In this document: positions 19,050 to 28,876 of the stretch, piece after piece
Layout of the letters: every line of letters begins with the position of its first letter
Numbering within the stretch: the stretch's first letter is position 1
Notes under the pieces: generated by a model
What the model saw: only the letters and a program-made list of their open reading frames with translations
What the model was told of the DNA's origin: nothing
Databases searched by the model: none
Position numbers and translations under genes: made by a program
From: Patescibacteria group bacterium
Lineage (GTDB): Bacteria > Patescibacteriota > Patescibacteriia > JAHJFT01
Direction of reading: 5' to 3'
Assembly (NCBI GenBank): GCA_028710985.1
Contig: JAQTTB010000001.1
Span: forward strand, 167,397 to 231,396
DNA length: 64,000 nt

Positions 19050-19630
19050 GTAGCTTCTATTGGTTTTTGAAGCAAAAATTCCAGAATTTCATGTTTATGC
19101 AATTGCGGTAATTTATCTTCGCGCGTGAACTGTCGTTTTTCAATAACTTTGAATTTCTCGACAAGTTTTAAAATATCATTTTCATCGCCGGAATAATCAA
19201 CATTGCCTTTTTCGTCAGTAATCGAAAGATTAAAATGAATGAACAGATATCCGCCGAGGGTCAAAGCACGATAAATCCCGGCGAGCGCTTTTTCCGCATT
19301 AAGATAATGAATAATATTAATCATAAAAAATGCCGAAACCTCCTCGTCGCCGAATTCCAAATTTTCCGCGTCCTGCTGGTCAAAGCGGCAATCTCGGCAA
19401 TTGGCCTGCGCCGCTTCAATCTCATCCTGTGAAATATCAATGCCGAGCGCGTCAAATCCACTTTTCTTAAAAACAATGACATCACGGCCCCGACCGCAAC
19501 CGATGTCCACGACCAAGCCGTGAAAATTATTATTTTTCAAAAAGTCCGCGAACCTTTCCGCGTACTCGGTCGGATGCGCGTCCCAATGCTTGCCTTTTTT
19601 ATATTTTTCAAACAATTCCACGGCTCGCAT
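19025..19630 (-). CDS. Class I SAM-dependent methyltransferase
   Basis: VVDIGCGRGRD, GIDIS motifs. Confidence 0.88.
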   Translation of the reverse strand: MRAVELFEKYKKGKHWDAHPTEYAERFADFLKNNNFHGLVVDIGCGRGRDVIVFKKSGFDALGIDISQDEIEAAQANCRDCRFDQQDAENLEFGDEEVSAFFMINIIHYLNAEKALAGIYRALTLGGYLFIHFNLSITDEKGNVDYSGDENDILKLVEKFKVIEKRQFTREDKLPQLHKHEILEFLLQKPIEATGFPPARE

Positions 19631-19634
19631 AGTT

Positions 19635-22112
19635 TCAAATCACAATATTCACGAGCTTCCCGGCCACGAAAATAATCTTCTTGGGCGCTTTGCCGTCCAA
19701 AAATTTTAAAACTTTTTCGCTCTTGAGCGCGAGATTTTTCGCTTCGTCTTCCGTGATGCCAGCCAGAACCTTTATTCTGTCGCGGATTTTGCCGTTCACC
19801 TGAATAACAAGCTCGATTTCTTTGAACTCAATAAATTCGGGATTATAGCCCGGCCAATCGGATTCGAAAATCGAAGTCTTGTGCCCGATCCGCGACCAGA
19901 GTTCTTCGCAAATATGCGGCGCAAACGGCGCGAGTAGCTTCAGGAAATCCTGCGTGTCGTCGCGATCAAGCAGATACCAGGCTTCGTCTTCCTCTTTTGC
20001 TTCCCCGGCCGCGGCCGTCACCTTGTTCAAAAACGACATCAGGCTCGCCACCGCGGTGTTGAAGCCCATCTCGTCAATGTCCTCGGTTACTTTTTTCACG
20101 GTCCGGTGCAGTTCGCGCACGAGCTCGTCCTCGCCGGCGTGCAACGGCTTCTCCCCGCGCTTTTCGTAAAATTTTATCATCTCAATCTGGTGCGAAAAAA
20201 TATTCCAGACCTTGTTCAAAAAACGATTCGCGCCTTCCACGCCCTTTGTATCCCAGGCCACCGGCTGATCAAACGGCCCCATGAACATTTCATACAGCCG
20301 GAAAACATCGGCGCCGTATTTTTTTACCATTTCGTCCGGATTCACCACGTTGCCGCGCGATTTGCTCATCTTCTCCCCGCCCTCGGCTAAGATAAGGCCG
20401 TGCGAAGTTCTTTTGCGGTACGGTTCGTCGGTCGGGACCAATCCTTCATCATACAAAAATTTATTCCAGAACCGCGAATACAAAAGATGCAGAGTCGTAT
20501 GCTCCATGCCGCCGTTGTACCAGTCCACCGGCATCCAGTATTTTAATTTTTCCATGTCCGCGAAAGCTTTATCGTTTTTGGGATCGCAATACCGGAGAAA
20601 ATACCATGAGCTTCCGGCCCAGTTCGGCATGGTGTCGGTCTCGCGCCGCGCCTCTCCGCCGCACTTCGGGCATTTTGTTCTGACCCAGTCCGTAATTGCC
20701 GCGAGCGGCGACTCGCCCGTATCGGTGGGCTGATATTTTTTCACTTCCGGCAAGAGAACCGGCAAATCCTTTTCAGCGACCGGCACAAAACCGCATTTGG
20801 GACAATTTACGATCGGAATCGGCTCTCCCCAGTATCTTTGCCGCGAAAAAACCCAGTCGCGCAGTTTATAATTAATTTCGCGCGAGCCCAAATCACGCTC
20901 TTCCAGATATTGCAACATGTCCCGAATCGCTTGAGGCACGATTTTCCCGTTTAAAAATCCGGAATTCACCATAATTCCGTCGCCCGTAAATGCCTCTTTT
21001 TTTATATCTCCGCCCTGCACCACTTCACGGATTGGCAGTCCGTATTTTTTGGCAAACTCCCAGTCGCGCTGATCGTGCGCCGGCACGGCCATGATCGCGC
21101 CGGTGCCGTAGCCCGGCAAAACATAATCCGCGACATATATCGGAATCTCTTCATTGTTCACCGGATTAACTGCCATAACTCCCTCAAGCCTGACGCCGGT
21201 TTTTTCCTTGTTTAGATCCGACCGTTCCAAATCGCTTTTTCGCTTTGCTTTTTCCACATATTCTCTAATCTCTTCCTGATTCCTAATTCCTAATTCCCGA
21301 TTCCTAAGAATCTCATGCTCCGGCGCCACAACCATATAAGTCGCCCCAAATAAAGTATCCGGTCTCGTCGTAAAGACCCTGATTCCTGATTCCTGATTCC
21401 TGATTCCAAACTCAACCTCCGCTCCCTCGCTCCGGCCGATCCAATCAGTCTGTTGTTTGGAAATGCGCTCCCAAAAATCAACATCATCAAGCCCGGAAAG
21501 CAGCCGCTCCGCGTATTCCGTGATCTTCAGCATCCACTGTTCTTTTTCGCGCTTCTCTACCTGGCCGCCGCAACGCTCGCACTCCCCGTTCACCACCTCT
21601 TCGTTCGCGAGCCCGATCTTGCATGATGGGCACCAATTAATCGGCATCTTGGCCTTGTACGCCAGGCCTTTTTCAAAAAATTTCAAAAACATCCATTGCG
21701 TCCATTTGTAATATTTCGGATCCGTGGTATTCACCTCGCGCGACCAGTCAAACGCAAGCCCGAGCGACTTGAGCTGCCGCTTGAAATTCGCGATATTTTT
21801 TTCCGTGGCCGCTCTCGGATGAATGCCGGTTTTGATCGCGTAATTTTCGGTTGGCAGACCGAACGCGTCCCAGCCGATCGGGTAAAGTACGTTAAAACCC
21901 TGCATCCGGCGTTTGCGCGCGATAATGTCGAGCGCCGTGTAGCTTCGCGGATGCCCGACATGCAATCCCTCGCCCGAGGGATAAGGAAATTCAATGAGAC
22001 AATAATATTTCGGCTTGTCCGAAAAATCTTTGGCCGCAAAAATTTTATTTTTTTCCCAAAACTTCTGCCACTTTTCTTCAATTTTTTTAAAAATATATTT
22101 GTCCATAATCAT
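19635..22112 (-). CDS. leuS: Leucine--tRNA ligase
   Basis: FPYPSGEGLHVGH, FTTRPDT, YGTGAIMAVPAHDQRD, KMSKS. Confidence 0.98.
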   Translation of the reverse strand: MIMDKYIFKKIEEKWQKFWEKNKIFAAKDFSDKPKYYCLIEFPYPSGEGLHVGHPRSYTALDIIARKRRMQGFNVLYPIGWDAFGLPTENYAIKTGIHPRAATEKNIANFKRQLKSLGLAFDWSREVNTTDPKYYKWTQWMFLKFFEKGLAYKAKMPINWCPSCKIGLANEEVVNGECERCGGQVEKREKEQWMLKITEYAERLLSGLDDVDFWERISKQQTDWIGRSEGAEVEFGIRNQESGIRVFTTRPDTLFGATYMVVAPEHEILRNRELGIRNQEEIREYVEKAKRKSDLERSDLNKEKTGVRLEGVMAVNPVNNEEIPIYVADYVLPGYGTGAIMAVPAHDQRDWEFAKKYGLPIREVVQGGDIKKEAFTGDGIMVNSGFLNGKIVPQAIRDMLQYLEERDLGSREINYKLRDWVFSRQRYWGEPIPIVNCPKCGFVPVAEKDLPVLLPEVKKYQPTDTGESPLAAITDWVRTKCPKCGGEARRETDTMPNWAGSSWYFLRYCDPKNDKAFADMEKLKYWMPVDWYNGGMEHTTLHLLYSRFWNKFLYDEGLVPTDEPYRKRTSHGLILAEGGEKMSKSRGNVVNPDEMVKKYGADVFRLYEMFMGPFDQPVAWDTKGVEGANRFLNKVWNIFSHQIEMIKFYEKRGEKPLHAGEDELVRELHRTVKKVTEDIDEMGFNTAVASLMSFLNKVTAAAGEAKEEDEAWYLLDRDDTQDFLKLLAPFAPHICEELWSRIGHKTSIFESDWPGYNPEFIEFKEIELVIQVNGKIRDRIKVLAGITEDEAKNLALKSEKVLKFLDGKAPKKIIFVAGKLVNIVI
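21273..21407. repeat. Two heptamer tandem arrays (TTCCTRA)n inside leuS
   Basis: 21273-21307 (5 units) and 21378-21407 (about 4 units); same unit as the intergenic arrays at 41797-41887. Confidence 0.8.
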
Positions 22113-22987
22113 TTTTTCAGCGCAACGACGATAACCGTGGCATCGTCGTAATTAATACCATCTTTGATAGTCGCTTCCATCAATTTTTTCTGTGCCTCCT
22201 GTGCGTTCGCCGAGGTGTCCAAAATACTCTGCACTTTTTTGAGCACAACATCATCCCAAAGCCCGTCGCTCGCAATGACAAAAAACTTATCATCATCCGT
22301 AATTTCAAACTTGAATACCGCCGGCTCATGGCTCACTACATCGCCGAGACTGCTGTCGCCCAATACCCGCGACAATTTTAATCCGGTTCCGCCTGGTTTA
22401 TGAATATAACCGTTTGCGTAAACTCCGCCGCGTCCAACCGCCTCTTGTCGCGCCGCAATATTGTTCCCCACGTTGTGATTCACGTTCAGTTGCTCGGGTT
22501 GACCGGATGCGGAAAATTTATAAACATGTGAATCGCCGACGTTCGCCACCCAACCCTCGTTACCCTCAAGCAAGACGACCGAGGCCGTCGTCCCACCGGT
22601 TCCCACCGCGCAGATCTCGTCACTCGCAACCTCAAAAGCGATTCGGAACGCCTCTTCGTACGACTTGCCCTGATTAAGCTCCTTCTCAAAAATCCCCGCG
22701 ATCCATGTCTTGGCAATCCGTTGCGGAAAAATCGCCCCAGTCTCATATTCAGGCGAATAATAATGGCCATCATAAACTCCAACCCAAAGCGTATCCCGCC
22801 GGCCCATAAATCCTTCTCGTATATCAAATTCATCCTGCAGGCCCATATTGTATTTAACATGCTCCTCGCCCCTCCCCTCAATTTGGCCTCCCACAATTTC
22901 CTGCCACACGGGTTCACCTTCAATATTTTCCTTTCTCTCCAGACCTCGGCCCCACTGTGGACTTGTTGGTCGTTCACTTTTAAACAT
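22109..22987 (-). CDS. PP2C-family protein phosphatase
   Basis: GVYDGH, GTTA, ANVGDS, LSRVLGD, IASDGLWD, DDATVIV. Confidence 0.9.
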   Translation of the reverse strand: MFKSERPTSPQWGRGLERKENIEGEPVWQEIVGGQIEGRGEEHVKYNMGLQDEFDIREGFMGRRDTLWVGVYDGHYYSPEYETGAIFPQRIAKTWIAGIFEKELNQGKSYEEAFRIAFEVASDEICAVGTGGTTASVVLLEGNEGWVANVGDSHVYKFSASGQPEQLNVNHNVGNNIAARQEAVGRGGVYANGYIHKPGGTGLKLSRVLGDSSLGDVVSHEPAVFKFEITDDDKFFVIASDGLWDDVVLKKVQSILDTSANAQEAQKKLMEATIKDGINYDDATVIVVALKK

Positions 22988-23110
22988 ACAGATTATCAAA
23001 TTATGTGATAATCTTATCAAAAATTGACTTTTATTTCAAACAAAATCTTCTCATAAATTAAAAATCGCCTTTTTGGCGATATTTATACCTCGTTTCCAAT
23101 ATTTTGTGCT

Positions 23111-23458
23111 CTAGCTCGCCCGTCCAAATTCCAAAGCATAGCCGGCCTCCATCCACGCGACCATTCCGCCGCTAAAAAGGCCGACTCGCGCATATCCGGC
23201 TTTTTCCAAAAAATCCGCCGCCCCCTTTGCCATGACGCAGGACTCGTTCGTGCCGTAGACGATGATTTCTGAATCCTTGTCCGGCAGGATATGCGGCAGG
23301 CTTTTCTCAAAATCCGGCCCCCAGGCGAGGCCGATCGCCTCGGGCAAATGATTATGTTCAAAATCCTCGCCCGACCGCGCGTCAATGAGATAAAAATTTT
23401 CCTCGGCGTCGAGCTTGGCTCTCAATTCATCAATTTTTATTATCTTTGCCATTGCCAT
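23111..23458 (-). CDS. Rhodanese-like domain protein
   Basis: LIDARS...HLPEA...GGMVAW; the usual catalytic Cys position reads IIVYG. Confidence 0.85.
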   Translation of the reverse strand: MAMAKIIKIDELRAKLDAEENFYLIDARSGEDFEHNHLPEAIGLAWGPDFEKSLPHILPDKDSEIIVYGTNESCVMAKGAADFLEKAGYARVGLFSGGMVAWMEAGYALEFGRAS

Positions 23459-23488
23459 TCTATTATATCACGCCTCTTGTTTCCATGA

Positions 23489-24418
23489 CTACGCCGACGT
23501 ATTAGTCAAAAACTCTTCCGCTTGAATCGCCGCCATTGCTCCGGCGCCGGCCGCAACAATCGCCTGCTTGTAATGCGGGTCTCCCACATCACCGGCCGCG
23601 AATACGCCCGGAACGCTGGTTTCCACGCCATTTTTTATCTTAATATAACCCTTGGCATCAAGCTCGAGCTGGCCCTGAAAAATTTTCGTGTTCGGATCGT
23701 GACCGATTGCCATAAAAATGCCATCGCAGACAAGATTTGAAATCTCACCGGTTTCTGTATCGCGCAGACTCGCTCCGCTTACTACTTTTTCCCCTTCTAT
23801 CTTTTCAATTTCTTTATTTAAATAAAATTCAATCCTGGATTCGGAATCTGCCCGCTTTTGCATAAAACGCGACGCGCGAAGCGCTTCCCGGCGATGAATA
23901 ATAATTACCTTCTTGGCAAAACGCGTCAGAAATATTGCTTCTTCAAGCGCCGAATCGCCGCCACCCACCACGGCCACCACTTTATCGCGATAAAAAAAGC
24001 CGTCACAGGTCGCGCATGTTGAAACCCCGCGTCCGCGGAACTTTTCTTCCCCCGGAACGCCGAGCCAGCGCGGATCGGCGCCGGTTGCGATTATAAGCGA
24101 CTTTGTCCAATATTCTTTTTTGCCAATCTGAACAATAAACGGATTCTTTTTAAAATTAACGCTTACGGCATCGCCGGCTAAAAATTTAGCGCCGAACCGT
24201 TCGGCCTGTTCGCGCATGCGGGTCACGAGCTCCGGCCCCAAAACGCCCTTGGGAAAACCTGGAAAATTTTCCACCATGGTCGTGCCCATGGGCTGTCCGC
24301 CCGGCTTCATTCCCTCCATTATAATCGGCGCGAGTCCCGCCCGACCGGCGTATATTGCGGCCGTGAGCCCGGCCGGCCCGGAACCGAGAATTATTAAATT
24401 TTTCGCTTCATCGGCCAT
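23489..24418 (-). CDS. trxB: Thioredoxin reductase
   Basis: GSGPAGLTAAIY, CATCDG, GGGDSALEEA, FAAGD. Confidence 0.97.
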   Translation of the reverse strand: MADEAKNLIILGSGPAGLTAAIYAGRAGLAPIIMEGMKPGGQPMGTTMVENFPGFPKGVLGPELVTRMREQAERFGAKFLAGDAVSVNFKKNPFIVQIGKKEYWTKSLIIATGADPRWLGVPGEEKFRGRGVSTCATCDGFFYRDKVVAVVGGGDSALEEAIFLTRFAKKVIIIHRREALRASRFMQKRADSESRIEFYLNKEIEKIEGEKVVSGASLRDTETGEISNLVCDGIFMAIGHDPNTKIFQGQLELDAKGYIKIKNGVETSVPGVFAAGDVGDPHYKQAIVAAGAGAMAAIQAEEFLTNTSA

Positions 24419-24425
24419 AGAAAAA

Positions 24426-24758
24426 TTATTCCGCCGAAATTACCTGGTCAATACGCTCTTTTAAAGACGGCTTTGACTGTGAACCAACGAACTGATCGAC
24501 AATTTGACCATTTTTAAAAATTATAAATGTCGGAACGCTCATAATACCGTACTTTTGCGGCGTCACTTTATTCTCGTCAATATTCAATTTACCGACGCGG
24601 AGAGTGCTGTCATCGTAATCCTTGGCAGTCTCGCCGATAACCGGCAGCATGGTCTGGCAGGGTCCGCACCATGGCGCCCAGAAATCCACCAGAACCGGAA
24701 CCTTGGACGCGAGCACTTCTTGATCAAAATTCTTGTCATTAAGTTCGACTTCGGACAT
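24426..24758 (-). CDS. trxA: Thioredoxin
   Basis: VDFWAPWCGPC. Confidence 0.97.
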   Translation of the reverse strand: MSEVELNDKNFDQEVLASKVPVLVDFWAPWCGPCQTMLPVIGETAKDYDDSTLRVGKLNIDENKVTPQKYGIMSVPTFIIFKNGQIVDQFVGSQSKPSLKERIDQVISAE

Positions 24759-24770
24759 AGTTTGAAATAA

Positions 24771-26780
24771 TTAATTTTTAACGGATAATTTTATTTCCTT
24801 AGTTTTTGACTCTTCTTTAAAAATTTCCAGAATATCGCCGACCTCTATCTTTGTTTTTCCCGCGAGTTTGAGGCCGCATTCCTGGCCGAGCATCACGTCG
24901 TTCACTTTTTGCTTGCCGGATTGCAATTCCGTAATATCCGCTTCACCGATAAGCTCCTCGCCGCGCCAAATATTGACTTTGGCATTCGCCTCGGCCGCGC
25001 CTTCAATGACCGGCCCGCCGACAATCATGTATTTTGCCTCATGGCGGAAAATCGCCGCAACGCGCACCCGGCCAAGTTTGGTTATCACGATTTCCGGTTT
25101 CACGATCGCGTTAAGCCGGCCCTCGATATCATCAAAGAGCTCGTAAATTATTTTAAAATATTTTATTTCAACTTTTTTTTCGCGGGCCAGCTCCTCGACT
25201 GCCGCTAAGGCCTTTACGTTGAACCCGTAGATTACCGCTCCGGTCGCTTCGGCCGCAAGCACGTCGCCCTCGGTAATGTTCCCCAGCCCCTTGGCGATAA
25301 CATCGATCGCGAGCCCGGGTACGTCAACCTTCTCAATGGTGCCGAGAATCGCTTCAATCGAACCGAGCACATCCCCGCGGATGACAAAATTAAACTGCGC
25401 CTTGACCTCGCCCTCGATCGGAATCCGTTTCGTGCCGGTCATTTCGTCGATTATCCGGCGATTTGCCTTTACCTTCTTTGTTTCAAGCTCGCTTGGATTA
25501 ATTGAGACTTCCATAATATCTCCGACTGCCGGCGCCGCCTTGAATCCCAGAATTTTTACCGGCGTTCCCGGAGGAACCGCGGCCATATCCTCGCCGCGCC
25601 AGTCCCGAAGCGCGCGCACCCGGCCGTAATTTGCTCCGTGCACGCCGAGGCAGTCGCCGACCCGGAGCGTGCCGTTCTGCACCAAAACCGTTGCCACCGG
25701 CCCTTCGCCCTTGTCAACGTGCGATTCAATAATCGTGCCGATTGCCGGACCGTCGGGGTTTGCCGTAATGCGGTCTTTTTCCAGATCCGCGACCAGCAAA
25801 ACCATATCCAGAAGCTTATCGATATTAATGCCCTGCTTTGCCGATATTTCCTGCATCACGGTTTTGCCGCCCCACTCTTCGGGCAGGAGTCCGATATCGG
25901 AAAGATCTTTTTTTGTTTTTTCCACATTCGCATCCGGCTTGTCAATTTTATTCAAAGCCACAACGAGCGGAATCTTGGCCGCCTGAATGATATCAACCGC
26001 TTCTTTTGTCTGCGGCTGAACGCCGTCATCCACCGCCACGACAAGGATAGCGATATCCGCGACCTTGGCGCCGCGCGAACGCATCACCGTAAACGCCTCA
26101 TGGCCAGGAGTGTCAATGAAAGAAATGCGCCGGCCGTTGCGCTCAATCTGATAAGCGCCGATATGCTGGGTAATGCCGCCGGCCTCGCCCTCCATCACGT
26201 TTGTTTTGCGGATCGCGTCCAGAAGCCGCGTTTTTCCGTGGTCAACATGGCCCATTACCACAATTACCGGCGAACGCGGCACGGCCTTATGCTCGCGCCC
26301 GGCTTCCATTATATTCTTTATTCTCTCAAGATCTTCTTCCCCGGCGCCTTCCGCGGTCGCTTGTTCTTTCTTTACCTTGAACCCTAAATCTTCGGCCATG
26401 ATTGAAGCCGTTTCAAAATCAATCCTCTCGTTCTGCGAAGCCAGAATCCCGTTTTTCATGAGAATCTTGATGAGTTCGGTGACCGGCATCTGCATTTTGC
26501 TTGCGAGGTCGCGCACCGCGACAAGCGGCGGCAATTCTATCTCCCCGGCTTCTTCTACCGCGGTCTCGTCCTGGTGCGCCATTATTTCTTCGCGCTCCTT
26601 AAGATGCTCCTGGGCACGCAATTTGCGCTGATATTCGGCCCATTTCTGCACAATCCGTTCGGCCTGCGCCGGATCAACCTTGATTGCTTTTTTGCCAATA
26701 TCAATTCCCAGCTCCGGAAGTTTTTCCAAAAGCTCTTTGGCGGAAACGTTCAATTGTCGGGCGATCTCGGTAACGTTCAT
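24771..26780 (-). CDS. infB: Translation initiation factor IF-2
   Basis: [31 protein letters not shown]; start at ATG 26780. Confidence 0.98.
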   Translation of the reverse strand: MNVTEIARQLNVSAKELLEKLPELGIDIGKKAIKVDPAQAERIVQKWAEYQRKLRAQEHLKEREEIMAHQDETAVEEAGEIELPPLVAVRDLASKMQMPVTELIKILMKNGILASQNERIDFETASIMAEDLGFKVKKEQATAEGAGEEDLERIKNIMEAGREHKAVPRSPVIVVMGHVDHGKTRLLDAIRKTNVMEGEAGGITQHIGAYQIERNGRRISFIDTPGHEAFTVMRSRGAKVADIAILVVAVDDGVQPQTKEAVDIIQAAKIPLVVALNKIDKPDANVEKTKKDLSDIGLLPEEWGGKTVMQEISAKQGINIDKLLDMVLLVADLEKDRITANPDGPAIGTIIESHVDKGEGPVATVLVQNGTLRVGDCLGVHGANYGRVRALRDWRGEDMAAVPPGTPVKILGFKAAPAVGDIMEVSINPSELETKKVKANRRIIDEMTGTKRIPIEGEVKAQFNFVIRGDVLGSIEAILGTIEKVDVPGLAIDVIAKGLGNITEGDVLAAEATGAVIYGFNVKALAAVEELAREKKVEIKYFKIIYELFDDIEGRLNAIVKPEIVITKLGRVRVAAIFRHEAKYMIVGGPVIEGAAEANAKVNIWRGEELIGEADITELQSGKQKVNDVMLGQECGLKLAGKTKIEVGDILEIFKEESKTKEIKLSVKN

Positions 26781-27022
26781 AAAATAAATTAGAGCGTATT
26801 GCTCTTGTAGGCACATTTTATAGTATTTTCAAGGGTTGGTCAACAAGGCGGAGATTGGAGAACTAGTGAATCAGTTAATCGGTGAATCGGAAAAATAATA
26901 CAGTAGGCGCTGAATTGCCATTCGCCCCGTCCTTAAAAAAAATCCCCGCATCCATCGAGAGACAGATGCGGGAAGTGAGATTTCTCGTTCAAGCACAGTC
27001 GCGGCGGATTCACGAATCGCCG

Positions 27023-27640
27023 TTACTTGCGTCGAAGAAAAACCCAGCGGTAGCCAGCGCCACAGCGATGGCCAGGGTTGTCGTAGTCCGTGCCGAGCCA
27101 GCAACCGTCGTCGTCATCATGTCCAACATTGAACACCCTGATATCGCCATCCGAATCGGTAATGGGCTCCATGGCGATTAAGCGCCGCTCGCCCATGGGC
27201 TGGTCCGGGTACTGGAGCCGAAGCTGGGGGCCGACCTCGGCCGGGCAGAGCGCGAGGCCGCGCTCCTTGGCGCGTTTGTTGATTTCGGTCCAGGTCGCAC
27301 CCTCCGGGAAACCGAGCTCGGCTACCGAAGCGGCCACGAGGTCAACCTCGGTCTCTTCGATTGCCGCCGTAAAAGCGGGCTTATTCATAATGTCGCGCGC
27401 CCTGGAGCCGACGCGGACTCTGGCGGCCGCAAGAGCCTGGCAGAAGTCGTCCGCCGTCTTGAGGCCCGTGCCGAGCTTGATCGTTTTCCAGACCGGGAAA
27501 TCGACCGGCCACGGATTCTCCTTGCGGAGGAACCGCTTGAGCGCCGCGAGCCAGGTTTCTCCTTCTTTGCCGGCCAGCTTATCGTTAAGATCGTTTAATG
27601 ATCCGCGCGCTTCGTGGAGCGTGAGCCGAGTGTCATCCAT
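27023..27640 (-). CDS. Hypothetical protein resembling CPR DGR target proteins (variable C-terminus)
   Basis: WKTIKLGT...AEVGPQLRLQY...VFNV...WL..Y.NP....RWVFLRRK; NNC/NNT-rich 3' codons and a GC hairpin right after the stop. Confidence 0.55.
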   Translation of the reverse strand: MDDTRLTLHEARGSLNDLNDKLAGKEGETWLAALKRFLRKENPWPVDFPVWKTIKLGTGLKTADDFCQALAAARVRVGSRARDIMNKPAFTAAIEETEVDLVAASVAELGFPEGATWTEINKRAKERGLALCPAEVGPQLRLQYPDQPMGERRLIAMEPITDSDGDIRVFNVGHDDDDGCWLGTDYDNPGHRCGAGYRWVFLRRK

Positions 27641-27759
27641 AACAGTCAGTCCTTTGCTCTTGGGTTGATATTACGCTAGAGGGCAGCCCAATGGCCGTCA
27701 TAGCGTCGTTGTATTAAAGCACGGAACCGCCCAACCGTCAACCCGCATTCCTTTATCGC

Positions 27760-27903
27760 TGTCATCCTGAGCCCCGACTTCCGCGAAGCGGAATGCCGGG
27801 GCGAAGGATCTCGCATTTCGCAGAAATCGACGTGGCGCCATGAACAGTCATCCCGAAACTGTGAGATCCTTCGCCCCTCGCTCCGCTCGGGCTCAGGATG
27901 ACA
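27760..27903. repeat. Inverted REP pair (GTCATCCTGAGC...GCGAAGGATCTC) with nested palindromes
   Basis: tgtcatcctgagcc[ccgacttccgcgaagcggaatgccgg]ggcgaaggatctc ... gagatccttcgcc...ggctcaggatgaca. Confidence 0.8.
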
Positions 27904-27944
27904 CATTGCTTGCCATTATCTTTGACGCGTCATACAATCAACCC

Positions 27945-28649
27945 ATGAAAACCGGATTTATATTAATTGATAAACCCGCGGGCTGGACGTCGCATGATGT
28001 GGTCGCTCATCTGCGCCGCGTCACCGGCGAGAGGAAAATCGGCCATGCCGGCACGCTTGATCCGTTTGCCACCGGCCTTTTGATTTTGGGAATCGGCCGT
28101 CCCGCAACGCGGCAACTCGGCGAATTTTTAAAAATGGATAAAAAATATGAGGCCATCGCGCGCCTCGGCGCCCGCTCCGACACTCATGACAAAACCGGCG
28201 CAATCACCAAAAAGAAAATTTCAAAAAAACCGAGTCTTGCCGCAGTTAAAAAAGCGCTATTAAAATTCCGCGGCGAGCAGGAGCAGATTCCGCCCATGTT
28301 CTCGGCGAAAAAAATTCACGGCCAAAAATTGTATAACCTCGCCCGCGCCGGAAAAGAAATCGCGCGCGAACCGAACAAAATTATTATTCACCAAATCCGG
28401 CTTAAAAAATACGCCTGGCCGGCTCTCGCCTTTTCGGTCTCCTGCTCGAGCGGAACCTACATCCGTTCGCTCGCGCATGACCTCGGCACCGCCCTCGGCA
28501 CGGGCGCGTATCTTACCGCCCTCCGGCGGACCGAAATCGGCCGCATCCCCGTTTTACGGGCCGTAAACCTCGAAAAAATAAACCGCGAAAATTGGGAAAA
28601 ATACCTCAAAAATCGCCTGCCCCTTGCCAAGCTCCGGAATGTGTGCTAG
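27945..28649 (+). CDS. truB: tRNA pseudouridine(55) synthase
   Basis: IDKPAGWTSHDVV, GHAGTLDPFATG, PPMFSA, CSSGTYIRSL; start at ATG 27945. Confidence 0.97.
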   Translation: MKTGFILIDKPAGWTSHDVVAHLRRVTGERKIGHAGTLDPFATGLLILGIGRPATRQLGEFLKMDKKYEAIARLGARSDTHDKTGAITKKKISKKPSLAAVKKALLKFRGEQEQIPPMFSAKKIHGQKLYNLARAGKEIAREPNKIIIHQIRLKKYAWPALAFSVSCSSGTYIRSLAHDLGTALGTGAYLTALRRTEIGRIPVLRAVNLEKINRENWEKYLKNRLPLAKLRNVC

Positions 28650-28652
28650 TAT
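28624..28652 (+). promoter_or_regulatory. Sigma70 promoter
   Basis: TTGCCA-17-TAGTAT with extended TG. Confidence 0.6.
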
Positions 28653-28677
28653 GGAATTACATTAATTAATAATCATT

Positions 28678-28862
28678 TCGGAAGATTAAGGCAGTCGATT
28701 GTTAAAAAATTTCCATCCAAACTTGAGCTTGTTTTAACATGAATTTCAATTTCTCATCCCGTTTAAAAACCGGGCAAAGACAACTCACGCAAGATATAGC
28801 GCAGTCCGCTCGAGCGAACTAATTTTTGGAAAATTTTTTAACATTGCCTGAAATCTCTCCGA
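28678..28862 (+). ncRNA. 6S RNA-like long hairpin (or structured rny leader)
   Basis: 5' tcggaagatt-aggcag...tgttaaaaaatttcca pairs with 3' tggaaaattttttaaca-ttgcct-aatctctccga; central bubble; ~185 nt; upstream of rny. Confidence 0.55.
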
Positions 28863-28876
28863 TTAGAGAGATTTTT

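Noticed and set aside
26866..26890. Octamer repeat gtgaatca-gttaatcg-gtgaatcg upstream of infB
   Set aside because: Only three degenerate units; too short to assign a function.
26780..27945. Complete DGR cassette
   Set aside because: No reverse transcriptase or template repeat seen in the window; only a candidate target is reported.
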